The translations under genes and the position numbers were made by a program. The notes below the pieces were generated by a model. That model was given only the letters and a program-made list of their open reading frames with translations. It was not told where the DNA came from and did not search any database. A stretch of DNA of 64,000 bases from a bacterium (GTDB lineage: Bacteria; UBA8248): positions 96,001-160,000 of the forward strand of contig CBDBZY010000044.1 in assembly GCA_965213685.1 (NCBI GenBank), given 5' to 3'. This document shows, piece by piece, positions 47,659 to 58,103 of the stretch. Every line of letters begins with the position of its first letter. The first letter of the stretch is position 1.

Positions 47659-48177
47659 GTGGCCGGTTCCCTGTTCTTTTATTTCCTGGCGGCGGTGACG
47701 ACGGCGGGCGCGGTGGCCGTCGTCGCGTTCCCGAACCCGCTGTACAGCGTGCTCGCGCTGGTTCTGACCTTCCTGGGACTCGCCGGCCTGTATCTTTCGC
47801 TCCACGCGCAGTTCGTCGCCATCGTTCAGGTGATCATCTACGCCAGCGCGATCATGATGCTCTTCCTGTTCGTGGTGATGCTGATTCAGCTGGGCCGCGA
47901 GCAGAGGCGGGAGTTGCGGCTGCCCGCCCAGAAGCTGCTGGGCGTCGTGGCGGGGGTCGCCATCTTCAGCGTGCTGCTGAAAATCTTTTTGTCCGCCCCC
48001 GTCCTGACCGGCAAGAAGGGGCGCTTCTCCCCCGAGCGCGTGGACGAGCTCGGCAACACGCAGGTCATCGGGAATCTTCTGTTGACGGATTACGTCCTGC
48101 CCTTCCAGGCCATGGGCGTGCTGCTGTTCGTGGGGGTCGTGGGCGCCGTGGTGCTGGCGCGGCGGCGCAGCCGCTAG
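47659..48177 (+). CDS. nuoJ: NADH-quinone oxidoreductase subunit J (operon 1)
   Basis: QVIIYASAIMMLFLFVVML; operon position. Confidence 0.92.
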   Translation: MAGSLFFYFLAAVTTAGAVAVVAFPNPLYSVLALVLTFLGLAGLYLSLHAQFVAIVQVIIYASAIMMLFLFVVMLIQLGREQRRELRLPAQKLLGVVAGVAIFSVLLKIFLSAPVLTGKKGRFSPERVDELGNTQVIGNLLLTDYVLPFQAMGVLLFVGVVGAVVLARRRSR

Positions 48178-48186
48178 GGGGAGCGT

Positions 48187-48495
48187 GTGGGCATGGCGCC
48201 ACTGGAGCATTATCTGGTTCTCAGCGCGGTGCTGTTCTGCCTCGGCGTCGTCGGCGTCGTGGTGCGCAGAAACGCCCTCGTCGTCATCCTGTGCATCGAG
48301 CTGATGATGAACGGGGCGAACCTGGCGTTCGTGGCCTACGGCCGTTTCCTGGATTCGATGGCGGGCCAGATGGTCGTGTTCTTCGTGATGGCGGTGGCCG
48401 CGGCGGAGGCCGCCATCGGCCTGGCCATCGTGGTGCTGATATACAGGAACCGCGAGTCCACCGACCTCGACGAGATCAACCTGCTGAAGCTATAG
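48187..48495 (+). CDS. nuoK: NADH-quinone oxidoreductase subunit K (operon 1)
   Basis: IELMMN, AAAEAAIGLA. Confidence 0.94.
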   Translation: MGMAPLEHYLVLSAVLFCLGVVGVVVRRNALVVILCIELMMNGANLAFVAYGRFLDSMAGQMVVFFVMAVAAAEAAIGLAIVVLIYRNRESTDLDEINLLKL

Positions 48496-48508
48496 AAGCG
48501 AAGGGATC

Positions 48509-50410
48509 ATGGATAGCCTGACGCTCATATTGCTGTTTCCGCTCATCGGCCTTCTGGCGAACCTCCTCTTCGGCTGGAGGCGCGGGGAGAGGTTCGCCGG
48601 CGGGGTGGCGACGCTCGCGATGGCGCTTTCGTTCGTCGCCTCCGCCGTGAGTTTTCTCCGCCTGCTGGAGATGCCCGCGCGGGGCCGCCTCATCCGCGTC
48701 GCCTGGTTCGACTGGATCACCGTCGGCGGCTTCGAGATCAAGGCGGGCTTCGCGCTCGACCCCCTCTCCTCGGTGATGGCGCTCGTCGTCACCGGGGTCG
48801 GGGCGCTGATCCACCTCTACTCGATGGGCTACATGCACGGCGACCGCGGGGCGGTTCGCTATTTCATCTACCTGAATCTCTTCTCTCTCTCCATGCTCAC
48901 CCTGGTGCTGGCCGATAATTTTCTGGTGATGTTCGTGGGCTGGGAGGCGGTGGGCCTTTGCAGCTATCTGCTGATAGGCTTCTGGTATGAGCGTAGCGCG
49001 GCGGCCGAGGCCGGCAAGAAGGCCTTCGTCGTGAACCGGGTGGGTGATTTCTGCTTTTTGATCGCGCTTTTTTACATCTACAGCGTATTCGGCTCGCTGG
49101 ATTTTTCGGCGGTGTTCTCCAAGGCGCCCCTGCTGCTGGCCCCGGAGAGCGCGGCGGCGACCGTCATCTGCCTGCTGCTGTTCGCTGGTGCCACCGGCAA
49201 GAGCGCGCAGATCCCCCTCTACGTGTGGCTGCCCGACGCGATGGAGGGCCCCACTCCGGTCAGTGCACTCATACACGCGGCCACCATGGTGACGGCGGGC
49301 GTGTATATGGTGGCGAGAGCGCACGCGCTGTTCGAGCTGTCCGCGACGGCGATGCTGGTGGTGGCCGCCGTGGGGGCGCTCACCCTCCTGATGGCGGCGT
49401 CGGTCGCCCTGGTGCAGAACGACATCAAGAAGGTGCTCGCCTACAGCACGGTGAGCCAGCTGGGCTACATGTTCCTCGCCTGCGGGGTCGGCGCGTTCTC
49501 CGCTGGGGTCTTTCATCTGATGACCCATGCGTTTTTCAAGGCGCTTCTCTTCCTGGGGGCGGGGAGCGTGATTCACGCCCTCGGCGGCGAGCAGGACATT
49601 CGCAGGATGGGCGGGCTGCTGGCGGCGCTCCCGAAGACGAGCCTGACCTTCCTCATTGGCGCGCTCGCCATTGCGGGGGTCTTCCCCTTTGCCGGCTTTT
49701 TCAGCAAGGACGCGATCCTCTACGCCGCCATGACCTCCGAGCGCGGCGGCATCCTCCTGTGGCTGGCGGGCGCGGCGGGCGCGTTGATGACCGCGTTTTA
49801 CATGTTCCGGCTCTTGTTCCGGGTGTTCTTTGGCCGCTGCATGTTGAGTCTGGAGGAACAGGAGCGGGTTCACGAATCTCCGCGAAACATGACGGTTCCG
49901 CTCCAGGCGCTGGCGGCGCTCTCCATCGTCGGCGGCTGGGTGGGGATTCCCCTCATCGCGGGGGCGAACGTGTTTGGCGATTTCCTCGCCCCCGTCTTCG
50001 GCGGCTCCGGGGAGGCGCATCATGAGGCGGTCTTCGAGATTCTGATGATGGCGGTATCGCTGGTCATCGCGGGCATCGGCATCTACGCGGCCTACAATTT
50101 TTACATTCTGGGCAGCGGCGGCGGCGCCTGCGTCCAGCTCTGGCCGCGCCTCTTCAGGCTTCTGCAGAACAAGTATTACGTGGACGAGATATACGACGCC
50201 CGCATCGTGCAGCCGGTGAAGCGGGCGTCGATTTGGTGCTGGAGGGCCTTTGAGGACGGCCTGGTGGACGCGGCCGTGAACGGCGCGGGCGTATTCGTGC
50301 GCTCCCTGGGCGGCGTCCTGCGGCGCCTGCAGACGGGCTACGTGAAAAGCTACGCCGTTTCGATGCTGGTTGGCGCGTTGGCGATGTTGCTGTATCTGAC
50401 GGCGCGCTGA
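48509..50410 (+). CDS. nuoL: NADH-quinone oxidoreductase subunit L (operon 1)
   Basis: GWEAVG, GKSAQIPLYVWLPDAMEGPTPVSALIHAATMV; standard-length lateral helix. Confidence 0.96.
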   Translation: MDSLTLILLFPLIGLLANLLFGWRRGERFAGGVATLAMALSFVASAVSFLRLLEMPARGRLIRVAWFDWITVGGFEIKAGFALDPLSSVMALVVTGVGALIHLYSMGYMHGDRGAVRYFIYLNLFSLSMLTLVLADNFLVMFVGWEAVGLCSYLLIGFWYERSAAAEAGKKAFVVNRVGDFCFLIALFYIYSVFGSLDFSAVFSKAPLLLAPESAAATVICLLLFAGATGKSAQIPLYVWLPDAMEGPTPVSALIHAATMVTAGVYMVARAHALFELSATAMLVVAAVGALTLLMAASVALVQNDIKKVLAYSTVSQLGYMFLACGVGAFSAGVFHLMTHAFFKALLFLGAGSVIHALGGEQDIRRMGGLLAALPKTSLTFLIGALAIAGVFPFAGFFSKDAILYAAMTSERGGILLWLAGAAGALMTAFYMFRLLFRVFFGRCMLSLEEQERVHESPRNMTVPLQALAALSIVGGWVGIPLIAGANVFGDFLAPVFGGSGEAHHEAVFEILMMAVSLVIAGIGIYAAYNFYILGSGGGACVQLWPRLFRLLQNKYYVDEIYDARIVQPVKRASIWCWRAFEDGLVDAAVNGAGVFVRSLGGVLRRLQTGYVKSYAVSMLVGALAMLLYLTAR

Positions 50411-50446
50411 TGGTTCTTTGACCTGCCGGGGGAGCGTGAGAGGCCA

Positions 50447-51997
50447 GTGCCTGGAATGATCACCGCGATATTGTTTTTGCCCCTGGCGGGGGGGCTGCTC
50501 CTCGGGTTCGCGCGCGAGGGAGGCCCAAGGGGGGGGGCGCGCGCGTTCGCCCTGGCGGTCTCGCTGGCCGCGTTTGTCCTCTCCGTGCTGATGTATGCCG
50601 CGTTCCGGCCCGAAGCCTCGGGGATGCAGTTCGTGGAACAGGCCGAATGGATTCCCATGTTCGGCATTTCCTACAAGGTGGGCGTGGACGGCATCAGCCT
50701 GCCGCTCGTCATGCTGACCACCTTTCTGATGCCCATCGCGATTCTCTTCTCCTTTGACGACGTGCGGCACAAGACGCGGCTCTACTACATGTCCCTGCTG
50801 TTTCTGGAAACGGGGATGCTCGGCGTGTTCTTCGCCCTCGACTTCTTCTTGTTCTACGTCTTCTGGGAAGGGATGCTGATTCCGATGTATCTCGTCATCG
50901 GGGTCTGGGGCGGGGGCCGCCGGATTTACGCGGCCGTGAAGTTCTTCCTGTACACCATGGCGGGAAGCGTGCTGATGCTGGTGGCGATCATCTGGCTGTA
51001 TTTCGTGAACGACATCGGCACGTTCGACATACTGGCGCATTTCCGGGAGCCGGTGGACGCCGCCCTGCAGCCGTGGCTGTTCGCCGCCTTCGCGATATCT
51101 TTCGCCATCAAGGTGCCGGTTTTCCCGTTTCACACCTGGCTGCCCGACGCCCACGTGGAGGCGCCCACGGCGGGAAGCGTCATCCTCGCCGGCGTCCTCC
51201 TCAAGATGGGCACCTACGGCTTCATGCGGCTGGCGATGCCGCTGTTCCCGACGGCGGCGCACGAGTTCGCGGCCTTCATGATGTTCCTGGCGGTGGTGGG
51301 GATTATCTATGGCGCGCTCATGGCCATGGTGCAGACCGACGTGAAGAAGCTCGTGGCCTACTCCTCGGTGAGTCATCTGGGCTTCGTGATCCTGGGCCTT
51401 TTCTCCTTCAACCTCCTGGGCGCGTCCGGCAGCGTGCTGCAGATGGTGAACCACGGCATCAGCAGCGGGGCGCTCTTCCTGCTCGTGGGCTTCATCTACA
51501 TGCGGCGGCATACGAGGCGGATCGAGGATTTCGGCGGCCTCATCCGGGTGATGCCCGTCTTCTCGGCGTTTTTCATCATCACGGCGCTGAGCAGCATCGG
51601 CCTTCCCGGGCTGAACGGGTTCGTGGGCGAGTTCACGATTCTGCTGGGCGCGTTCGAGCGCAGCGTCTGGTTCGCCGTCTTCGCGGCGTCCGGCGTCGTC
51701 CTGTCGTCCGTCTATATGTTGTGGATGCTGCAGCGCGTCCTGTTCGGCGAGGTGCGGGTGCGCGCGAACCTGGGGCTTTCCGACATGAGCCGGCGCGAGT
51801 GGATCATCATGCTGCCCCTGGTCGCGCTCATGTTCTGGATAGGCCTCTACCCCAAGCCCCTGCTCGGCCGCATCGAGCCGTCGGCCCAGGCGTGGCTCTC
51901 GCAGGTGAACCGGCGGGTGCTGCGCGTGGAGGGCGCGCCCGGGCTCGACGCGGGGAGAAGCAAAATGGCGCACGTTCGGAAAATCGAGGTGAAATAG
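50447..51997 (+). CDS. nuoM: NADH-quinone oxidoreductase subunit M (operon 1)
   Basis: FHTWLPDAHVEAPTAGS, LKMGTYG. Confidence 0.96.
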   Translation: MPGMITAILFLPLAGGLLLGFAREGGPRGGARAFALAVSLAAFVLSVLMYAAFRPEASGMQFVEQAEWIPMFGISYKVGVDGISLPLVMLTTFLMPIAILFSFDDVRHKTRLYYMSLLFLETGMLGVFFALDFFLFYVFWEGMLIPMYLVIGVWGGGRRIYAAVKFFLYTMAGSVLMLVAIIWLYFVNDIGTFDILAHFREPVDAALQPWLFAAFAISFAIKVPVFPFHTWLPDAHVEAPTAGSVILAGVLLKMGTYGFMRLAMPLFPTAAHEFAAFMMFLAVVGIIYGALMAMVQTDVKKLVAYSSVSHLGFVILGLFSFNLLGASGSVLQMVNHGISSGALFLLVGFIYMRRHTRRIEDFGGLIRVMPVFSAFFIITALSSIGLPGLNGFVGEFTILLGAFERSVWFAVFAASGVVLSSVYMLWMLQRVLFGEVRVRANLGLSDMSRREWIIMLPLVALMFWIGLYPKPLLGRIEPSAQAWLSQVNRRVLRVEGAPGLDAGRSKMAHVRKIEVK

Positions 51998-51999
51998 CT

Positions 52000-53478
52000 T
52001 TGGATATCGTTCATCCCACCATCCATTGGGGATATTTGTTGCCGGTGATTCTGGTGGTGGCCGGGGCGGTGCTCGTGCTGATGTGGGACGCGTTTTTCGC
52101 CCGCGGCGAACGCTCCGCCATCATCGCCATCACGCTGGCGACGCTGGCCGCCGCCCTCGGCGTGACGCTCGGTGCGCGCGCCGTCCGGGGGGCGGGCGCC
52201 TCGTTCGGCGGCATGTATCTGTTCGACGGGTTCACGCAGTTCGTCTTCATCGTCATCCTGTTCGCGGGCATTCTCGCGGCGCTCATCTCCGCCGCCCAGA
52301 GGGAGCTCGACAACACGCCGGCGGGCGAATACTACGGCCTCATCCTCTTCGCCGCCTCCGGCATGATGCTGATGGCGGCGACGCGGAACCTGCTGATGGT
52401 CTTCGTGGGCCTCGAGGTCTTCTCCCTGTCGCTCTACGTCCTGGCGGGCTATCTGCGCGCCCGCCCGGAGGGCAACGAGGCGTCGCTGAAATACTTTCTG
52501 CTCGGCTCGTTCGCCTCCGGCTTTCTGCTCTACGGCATGGCGCTGGTCTATGGCGCCACCGGCTCCATCGATTTGGTCGGAATCGCCGAGAGGCTCCATG
52601 AGAGTCCCGCCTCGCAGGGGCCCGCCTTCCTGGTGGGCCTGTGTTTCCTGGTGGTGGGCCTGGGCTTCAAGGTGGCCGCCGTTCCGTTTTACATGTGGAC
52701 GCCCGACGTGTACGAGGGCGCGCCCACGGCGGTTACGGCGTTCATGTCCGTGGGTCCCAAGGCGGCGGCCTTCGCCGCGTTTTTCCGGATTTTTCTCTCG
52801 GCGGGCGCGGCCGGCGAGAATCTCGACGCGGTCTTGTGGATCATGGCCGTCCTCACGATGAGCCTGGCGAACCTCGTCGCCATCTGGCAGTCGTGCGTGA
52901 AGCGGATGCTGGCCTACTCCAGCATCGCCCACGCCGGGTATCTCATGGTGGCGCTCACGGTCTCGCGCGCCAACCCGGAGCTGGCCACGGGCGGGTTTCT
53001 CTACTACATGCTCGTCTACGCCTTCATGAACATGGGCGCTTTCTGCGTTCTGGTGCTCGCCTCGAACATGAGGCGGGGCGGCGGGACGCGGCTGGACGAC
53101 CTGGCGGGGCTGGCGTCGTTCCATCCGGGGCTGGCGGCGGCGATGGCCGTGTTCATGGCGTCGCTCTCGGGCCTGCCGCCCACGGGGGGGTTCGTGGCGA
53201 AATTCTACGTGTTCAGCGCGGCGCTGAAGGGCGGATACCTCTGGCTGGCCCTGATAGCGGTGCTCAACAGCGTGGTGGCCGTGTATTATTATCTGCGGAT
53301 AGTCGTGGTGATGTATATGCGCGAGCCTGCCGAGGCGTCGGCGGGGCGCGGCCTCGGCCGTGGCTGGTCCTATGCGCTGGCGGCGCTGGTGCTGGCCGTC
53401 GCGAGCACCCTGCAGCTGGGGATTTTCCCCTCCTTCACACTGGATTTCGCGCATCGCGCCACCGTCTTTTTGAATTGA
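52000..53478 (+). CDS. nuoN: NADH-quinone oxidoreductase subunit N (operon 1)
   Basis: EASLKYF, PFYMWTPDVYEGAP, KRMLAYSSIAHAGY; TTG start. Confidence 0.94.
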   Translation: MDIVHPTIHWGYLLPVILVVAGAVLVLMWDAFFARGERSAIIAITLATLAAALGVTLGARAVRGAGASFGGMYLFDGFTQFVFIVILFAGILAALISAAQRELDNTPAGEYYGLILFAASGMMLMAATRNLLMVFVGLEVFSLSLYVLAGYLRARPEGNEASLKYFLLGSFASGFLLYGMALVYGATGSIDLVGIAERLHESPASQGPAFLVGLCFLVVGLGFKVAAVPFYMWTPDVYEGAPTAVTAFMSVGPKAAAFAAFFRIFLSAGAAGENLDAVLWIMAVLTMSLANLVAIWQSCVKRMLAYSSIAHAGYLMVALTVSRANPELATGGFLYYMLVYAFMNMGAFCVLVLASNMRRGGGTRLDDLAGLASFHPGLAAAMAVFMASLSGLPPTGGFVAKFYVFSAALKGGYLWLALIAVLNSVVAVYYYLRIVVVMYMREPAEASAGRGLGRGWSYALAALVLAVASTLQLGIFPSFTLDFAHRATVFLN

Positions 53479-53488
53479 CCCCCAGGGG

Positions 53489-53518
53489 TTGGTTTTTGGG
53501 TCGGGGCCGTGATATAAG
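53489..53518 (+). promoter_or_regulatory. Possible promoter for nuo operon 2
   Basis: Extended -10-like TGaTATAAG with weak -35 TTGGTT in the 172-bp gap. Confidence 0.35.
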
Positions 53519-53650
53519 GCTTGGCGATTCATCCGGCCGCAGGCTTTTCGGATTCCGGATTTTGGAGGGAAGGGAGCCGTCTCCGTGCGCCATGGGGGCC
53601 CGGGGCGGTTTCGTGACGATTGCGCAACGGCGGTTCTGCGGGGGGCCCAA

Positions 53651-54043
53651 ATGGATATGCTGGGTGCTTTTTTCAGGGATTACGAACTCATCAATCCCTA
53701 TGTTCCGATATTCATATTTACCCTCATGGCGTTCGCGTTCGCCGCGAGCGTCCTCATCGTGGCGCTCCTCGTCCGTCCGCATATGCCGGACCCGGAGAAG
53801 AACTCCCCCTACGAGTGCGGGATGCCTCCCCTGATGGAGGCGCACGAGCGCTTTTCCATACGCTTCTACCTGCTGGGCATATTGTTCCTGCTTTTTGACG
53901 TCGAGGCGTTGTTCCTGTTTCCCTGGGCGGTACAATACGACGCGCTCGGGCTGTTCGGGTTCATCGAGATGATGCTGTTCATCGCCATTCTGCTGGTCGG
54001 CTATTTCTACGCCTGGAGAAAAGGAGCGCTGGAATGGGCCTAG
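53651..54043 (+). CDS. nuoA: NADH-quinone oxidoreductase subunit A (operon 2)
   Basis: YECG, FDVE, KGALEW. Confidence 0.94.
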   Translation: MDMLGAFFRDYELINPYVPIFIFTLMAFAFAASVLIVALLVRPHMPDPEKNSPYECGMPPLMEAHERFSIRFYLLGILFLLFDVEALFLFPWAVQYDALGLFGFIEMMLFIAILLVGYFYAWRKGALEWA

Positions 54044-54510
54044 TCGAGGGCAGGTTCAGCGACAATTTCATCACGTCGAAGGTGGACAGCCTGGTCGCCT
54101 GGGCGAGAAAGAGCGCGCTTTGGCCGATGACCTTCGGCCTCGCCTGCTGCGCCATTGAAATGATGGCGTCCGGTGCCGCGCGCTACGACTTCGACCGCTT
54201 CGGCGTGATCTTCCGCGCCACGCCGCGCCAGTCCGACGTGATCATCGTGGCGGGCACGGTCACCCACAAGATGGGGGACGCCATCCGCAAGGTGTACGAT
54301 CAGATGCCCGAGCCGCGCTGGGTGATAGCGATGGGCAACTGCGCCACCTGCGGCGGCCCCTACGCGAACTATGCGGTGATGCAGGGAGTGGATGAAATCA
54401 TCCCGGTGGACGTCTACGTTCCGGGTTGCCCGCCCAGGCCCGAGTCTTTGATGTGGGGCGTCATGCAGCTCCAGAAAAAGATTGAGCAGGAAAAATACAT
54501 CCGCAGATAA
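54034..54510 (+). CDS. nuoB: NADH-quinone oxidoreductase subunit B (operon 2)
   Basis: [25 protein letters not shown]. Confidence 0.95.
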   Translation: MGLVEGRFSDNFITSKVDSLVAWARKSALWPMTFGLACCAIEMMASGAARYDFDRFGVIFRATPRQSDVIIVAGTVTHKMGDAIRKVYDQMPEPRWVIAMGNCATCGGPYANYAVMQGVDEIIPVDVYVPGCPPRPESLMWGVMQLQKKIEQEKYIRR

Positions 54511-54537
54511 AACCCATGCAGTGCGCAAGGAAAGAAG

Positions 54538-55089
54538 ATGCCGGACGACGTGGTGGAAAATAGCGAAGGGACGAACGGCGCGCCTGGCGAGGGTCTGCGG
54601 GAGCTGATCGAATCGGAGTTTCCGGGCGCCGTCCTCGAGCGAAGTGCCTATCGGGACGAGGAGGACGAGGCGACCTTCGTGATAGGGGTCGGTTTGCTGA
54701 CCCGCGTGGCCGCCCATCTGCGCGACCACCCCGATGCGCGTTTTGCGCTGCTCACGGATTTGACGGCGGCACACTACCCGGAGGCCGAGTATCCCCTGGA
54801 GATGCTCTACCACCTCTACACCTTCGAGCATAACCGCAGGCTTCGCCTGAAGGTGCGGATCAAGGAGGGCCAGGCGGTGCCCACGGTTTCCGGGATATGG
54901 AAGAGCGCGGACTGGATGGAGCGCGAGGTCTATGATTTGTTCGGCATCGCGTTTCAGGGCCATCCGGACCTGAGGCGCATACTCCTGCCCGACGACTGGG
55001 GAAGTCACCCGATGCGCAAGGACTACCCGCTGGAGGGCCGGGGCGAGCGGATTTACACCAAGCCGACGCGCAAGGAAATCGGCGACTAG
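54538..55089 (+). CDS. nuoC: NADH-quinone oxidoreductase subunit C (operon 2)
   Basis: EREVYDLFGI.F.GHPDLRRIL, HPMRKDYP. Confidence 0.94.
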   Translation: MPDDVVENSEGTNGAPGEGLRELIESEFPGAVLERSAYRDEEDEATFVIGVGLLTRVAAHLRDHPDARFALLTDLTAAHYPEAEYPLEMLYHLYTFEHNRRLRLKVRIKEGQAVPTVSGIWKSADWMEREVYDLFGIAFQGHPDLRRILLPDDWGSHPMRKDYPLEGRGERIYTKPTRKEIGD

Positions 55090-55121
55090 CGCAGAGCGTC
55101 TTTTCTTGAGGGAATGAGGGC

Positions 55122-56264
55122 ATGGTTGGCGTAGCGAATATGTCTCGCATCGAGCAGCAAAGCACCGTGCGCGGCACCGAGGAGCTGGTGGTCAACATGG
55201 GCCCCCAGCACCCCAGCACGCACGGCGTGCTTCGGGTCATCCTGAAGCTCGACGGCGAGACGGTGAACGATCTGGATTGCGACATCGGCTACCTGCACCG
55301 CGGCACCGAGAAGATGGGCGAGAACATCACCTACACCATGTTCATCCCCTATACGGACCGCCTCGACTACATCGCCGCCCCGTCCAACAACCTGGCGTGG
55401 GTCACCGCCGTCGAGAAGTTCTTCGACTGGGAAATACCCATGCGGGCGCAGTATATCCGCTCGATGGTGGGCGAGCTCTCCCGCATCGCCAGCCATCTGC
55501 TCTGGCTCGCCACGCACGCCCTGGACATCGGGGCGATGACGGTGTTCCTGTGGTGCTTCCGGGAGCGCGAGATGGTGCTGGACCTCTTCGAGACCGCCTT
55601 CGGCGGCCGTCTGACGGTCAACGCCTTTCGCCTGGGGGGGCTGCACGAGGACGTGCCGGAGAAGTTTTTGCGGCTCACCCAGGAGTTCATCGACATTTTC
55701 CCGAGCCGGGTCGACGACTACGAGACGCTCCTCACCAACAACCGAATCTGGCTGCAGCGCACGCGCGACGTGGGCGTCATCTCGGCGGAGGACGCGAAGG
55801 ACCTGGCGCTGACCGGCCCCATCATCCGGGGCAGCGGCGTGCGCTGGGACTTGCGGCGCGCCAAGCCGTACGCCGCGTATCCGTATCTCGATTTTGTCGT
55901 GCCCGTCGGGGAGAACGGCGACATCTACGACCGGTACCTGGTGCGCGTCGAGGAGTTGCGCCAGAGCACCCGCATCATCCAGCAGTGCCTGGATCAGCTC
56001 CCGGGCGGGCCGGTGAGCTGCAAGACGCCGCGCACGATCAGGCCGCCCGAGGGCGAGATATACCACAGCATCGAAAACCCCAAGGGCGAGTTTGGCTTTT
56101 ATATCGTGAGCGACGGGACGGAGACGCCCTATCGCGTCCGCATCCGGCCGCCGTCGTTCATCAACCTGGCCGGGCTCAAGAAGCTGTGCGTCGGGCAGTT
56201 GGTGGCGGACGTGGTGGCCATCATCGGAAGCATCGACATCGTGCTGGGCGAGTGTGATCGGTAA
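55122..56264 (+). CDS. nuoD: NADH-quinone oxidoreductase subunit D (operon 2, shorter form)
   Basis: NMGPQHPSTHGVLR, GYLHRG, DIVLGECDR; no NiFe CxxC pairs. Confidence 0.94.
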   Translation: MVGVANMSRIEQQSTVRGTEELVVNMGPQHPSTHGVLRVILKLDGETVNDLDCDIGYLHRGTEKMGENITYTMFIPYTDRLDYIAAPSNNLAWVTAVEKFFDWEIPMRAQYIRSMVGELSRIASHLLWLATHALDIGAMTVFLWCFREREMVLDLFETAFGGRLTVNAFRLGGLHEDVPEKFLRLTQEFIDIFPSRVDDYETLLTNNRIWLQRTRDVGVISAEDAKDLALTGPIIRGSGVRWDLRRAKPYAAYPYLDFVVPVGENGDIYDRYLVRVEELRQSTRIIQQCLDQLPGGPVSCKTPRTIRPPEGEIYHSIENPKGEFGFYIVSDGTETPYRVRIRPPSFINLAGLKKLCVGQLVADVVAIIGSIDIVLGECDR

Positions 56265-56276
56265 GGAGTAGCGTCG

Positions 56277-57248
56277 TTGGACATGGCCCTGGAAGTCGCG
56301 GTCGCCGCGATAAAGATATTCATCGTGCTGAACGTGGTGCAGCTCGTGGTGGCGTATCTGACGTATGTGGAGAGAAAGGTGATCGCGCACGTCCAGCTGC
56401 GGCTCGGGCCGATGCGCGTGGGCTGGCACGGCCTCCTGCAGCCGATTGCGGACGGGCTGAAGCTGTTCCTCAAGGAGGACATCATCCCCGACAAGGCGGA
56501 CCGGGTGGTGTTCGTTCTCGCGCCGGTGATGGTGCTGGTGCCGGCCTTCGTCGTCTATTCGGTGTTGCCCTTCAGCGCGACGTTCTACATCACGCAGGTG
56601 AACATCGGGCTGTTCTTCATCCTGGCGATCAGCTCGCTCGGCGTGTTCGGCATCGTGATGGCGGGCTGGGCCTCGAACAGCAAATACTCGCTTCTGGGCG
56701 CCCTGCGGAGCGCGGCGCAGATGCTGAGCTACGAGATTTTCCTGGGCTTCGCCGTCATCGGGCCCCTGATGCTCGCAGGCTCGCTGAACATGCAGGAGAT
56801 CGTGCGGGCGCAGTCCGACGTATGGTTCGTGTTCTATCAGCCGATCGCATTCGTCGTTTTTTTCATCGCCGCACTCGCCGAGACGAACCGCGTGCCCTTC
56901 GACCTGCCCGAGGCGGAGACCGAACTCGTGGCGGGTTTTCACACCGAGTATAGCGGGATGAAGTTCGCGTTTTTCTTCCTGGCGGAATACGCCAACATCA
57001 TGGTCGTGGCCACGGTGGGCGTCACGCTGTTCTTCGGCGGATGGGACGGGCCGGATTTCATTCCGCTTCCCGGCTTCGTCTGGTATGTCATCAAACTGGC
57101 GGCGATGATCTTCGTGTTCATATGGCTGCGGGCGACGCTGCCGCGCTACCGCTACGATCAGCTGATGCGGGTGGGCTGGAAGTTCATGTTCCCGCTCGTG
57201 ATGGCCAACATCTTCTTGACGGGATTCCTGAAGTACCTGTTCTTGTAA
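56277..57248 (+). CDS. nuoH: NADH-quinone oxidoreductase subunit H (operon 2)
   Basis: [29 protein letters not shown]. Confidence 0.95.
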   Translation: MDMALEVAVAAIKIFIVLNVVQLVVAYLTYVERKVIAHVQLRLGPMRVGWHGLLQPIADGLKLFLKEDIIPDKADRVVFVLAPVMVLVPAFVVYSVLPFSATFYITQVNIGLFFILAISSLGVFGIVMAGWASNSKYSLLGALRSAAQMLSYEIFLGFAVIGPLMLAGSLNMQEIVRAQSDVWFVFYQPIAFVVFFIAALAETNRVPFDLPEAETELVAGFHTEYSGMKFAFFFLAEYANIMVVATVGVTLFFGGWDGPDFIPLPGFVWYVIKLAAMIFVFIWLRATLPRYRYDQLMRVGWKFMFPLVMANIFLTGFLKYLFL

Positions 57249-57267
57249 TTCGCGGGAGAGGCACGAG

Positions 57268-57777
57268 GTGGAACAGCTTTTCTTCTATTTGTTCTCTGTC
57301 GGGATGGTCATCACCTCCCTGCTGATGATCACGCGCGCGAACGTGATTCACGCCGCCCTGCTGCTGGTGCTGACGTTTTTCTTCCTCGCCGGCGTGTTCG
57401 TGCTGGCGGGGGCGGAGTTCCTGGCGGCGGTGCAGATACTGATCTACGCGGGTGGCATCATGGTGTTGTATCTGTTCTCCATCATGCTGATGAACGTGGA
57501 GGTGGCCGTGCGGATGCGGCAATGGCACCGCCAGCGTCTGCTGGCGCTTGCGGCGGCCGTTCTGCTGGGACTCGAGATCTGGGCCGTGCTGGGGGAGGCG
57601 GAGTTCCCGGCCCCCAGGGAGTGGGCCTGGTCGGTGGGCGCCACGCCCGGCAACGTCGAGGCGATCGGCGCGGTCCTCTACACGAAATTCCTGTTTCCCT
57701 TCGAGGTGGCCTCCGTTCTTCTGCTGGCCGCGATGATAGGCGCCATCGTCCTGGCCAAGCGCAGGATAGAGCGATAG
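57268..57777 (+). CDS. nuoJ: NADH-quinone oxidoreductase subunit J (operon 2)
   Basis: [25 protein letters not shown]. Confidence 0.93.
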   Translation: MEQLFFYLFSVGMVITSLLMITRANVIHAALLLVLTFFFLAGVFVLAGAEFLAAVQILIYAGGIMVLYLFSIMLMNVEVAVRMRQWHRQRLLALAAAVLLGLEIWAVLGEAEFPAPREWAWSVGATPGNVEAIGAVLYTKFLFPFEVASVLLLAAMIGAIVLAKRRIER

Positions 57778-57793
57778 CGCGGAGAGAGAAGCG

Positions 57794-58096
57794 ATGATAC
57801 CGATGACCCATTTTCTTCTCCTGGGCGCCGTCCTGTTCCTGATCGGCGCGGCGGGCGTGCTGATGCGCCGCAACGCCATCATCATATTGTTGTCCATCGA
57901 GCTGATGCTCAACGCCGTGAACGTGACCTTCGTGGGCTTCTCGCGCCACTGGGCGGACATGACGGGCCAGGTGTTCGCCATCTTCGTCATCACGGTGGCG
58001 GCCTGCGAGGCGGCCGTGGGGCTGGCGATTCTCATCGCCCTGAACCGCGACCGCACGATGGTCAACGTGGACGAAGTCAACCTTTTGAAGTGGTAG
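57794..58096 (+). CDS. nuoK: NADH-quinone oxidoreductase subunit K (operon 2)
   Basis: [17 protein letters not shown]. Confidence 0.94.
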   Translation: MIPMTHFLLLGAVLFLIGAAGVLMRRNAIIILLSIELMLNAVNVTFVGFSRHWADMTGQVFAIFVITVAACEAAVGLAILIALNRDRTMVNVDEVNLLKW

Positions 58097-58103
58097 GGAA
58101 ATC

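Noticed and set aside
41508-51973. 1506-aa and 1165-aa minus-strand ORFs
   Set aside because: Antisense shadows of nuo genes caused by GC3 bias.
55122-56264. Operon 2 as a group 4 NiFe hydrogenase
   Set aside because: No RxCxxC or DPCxxC motifs; quinone-site HPSTHG and Tyr region retained.
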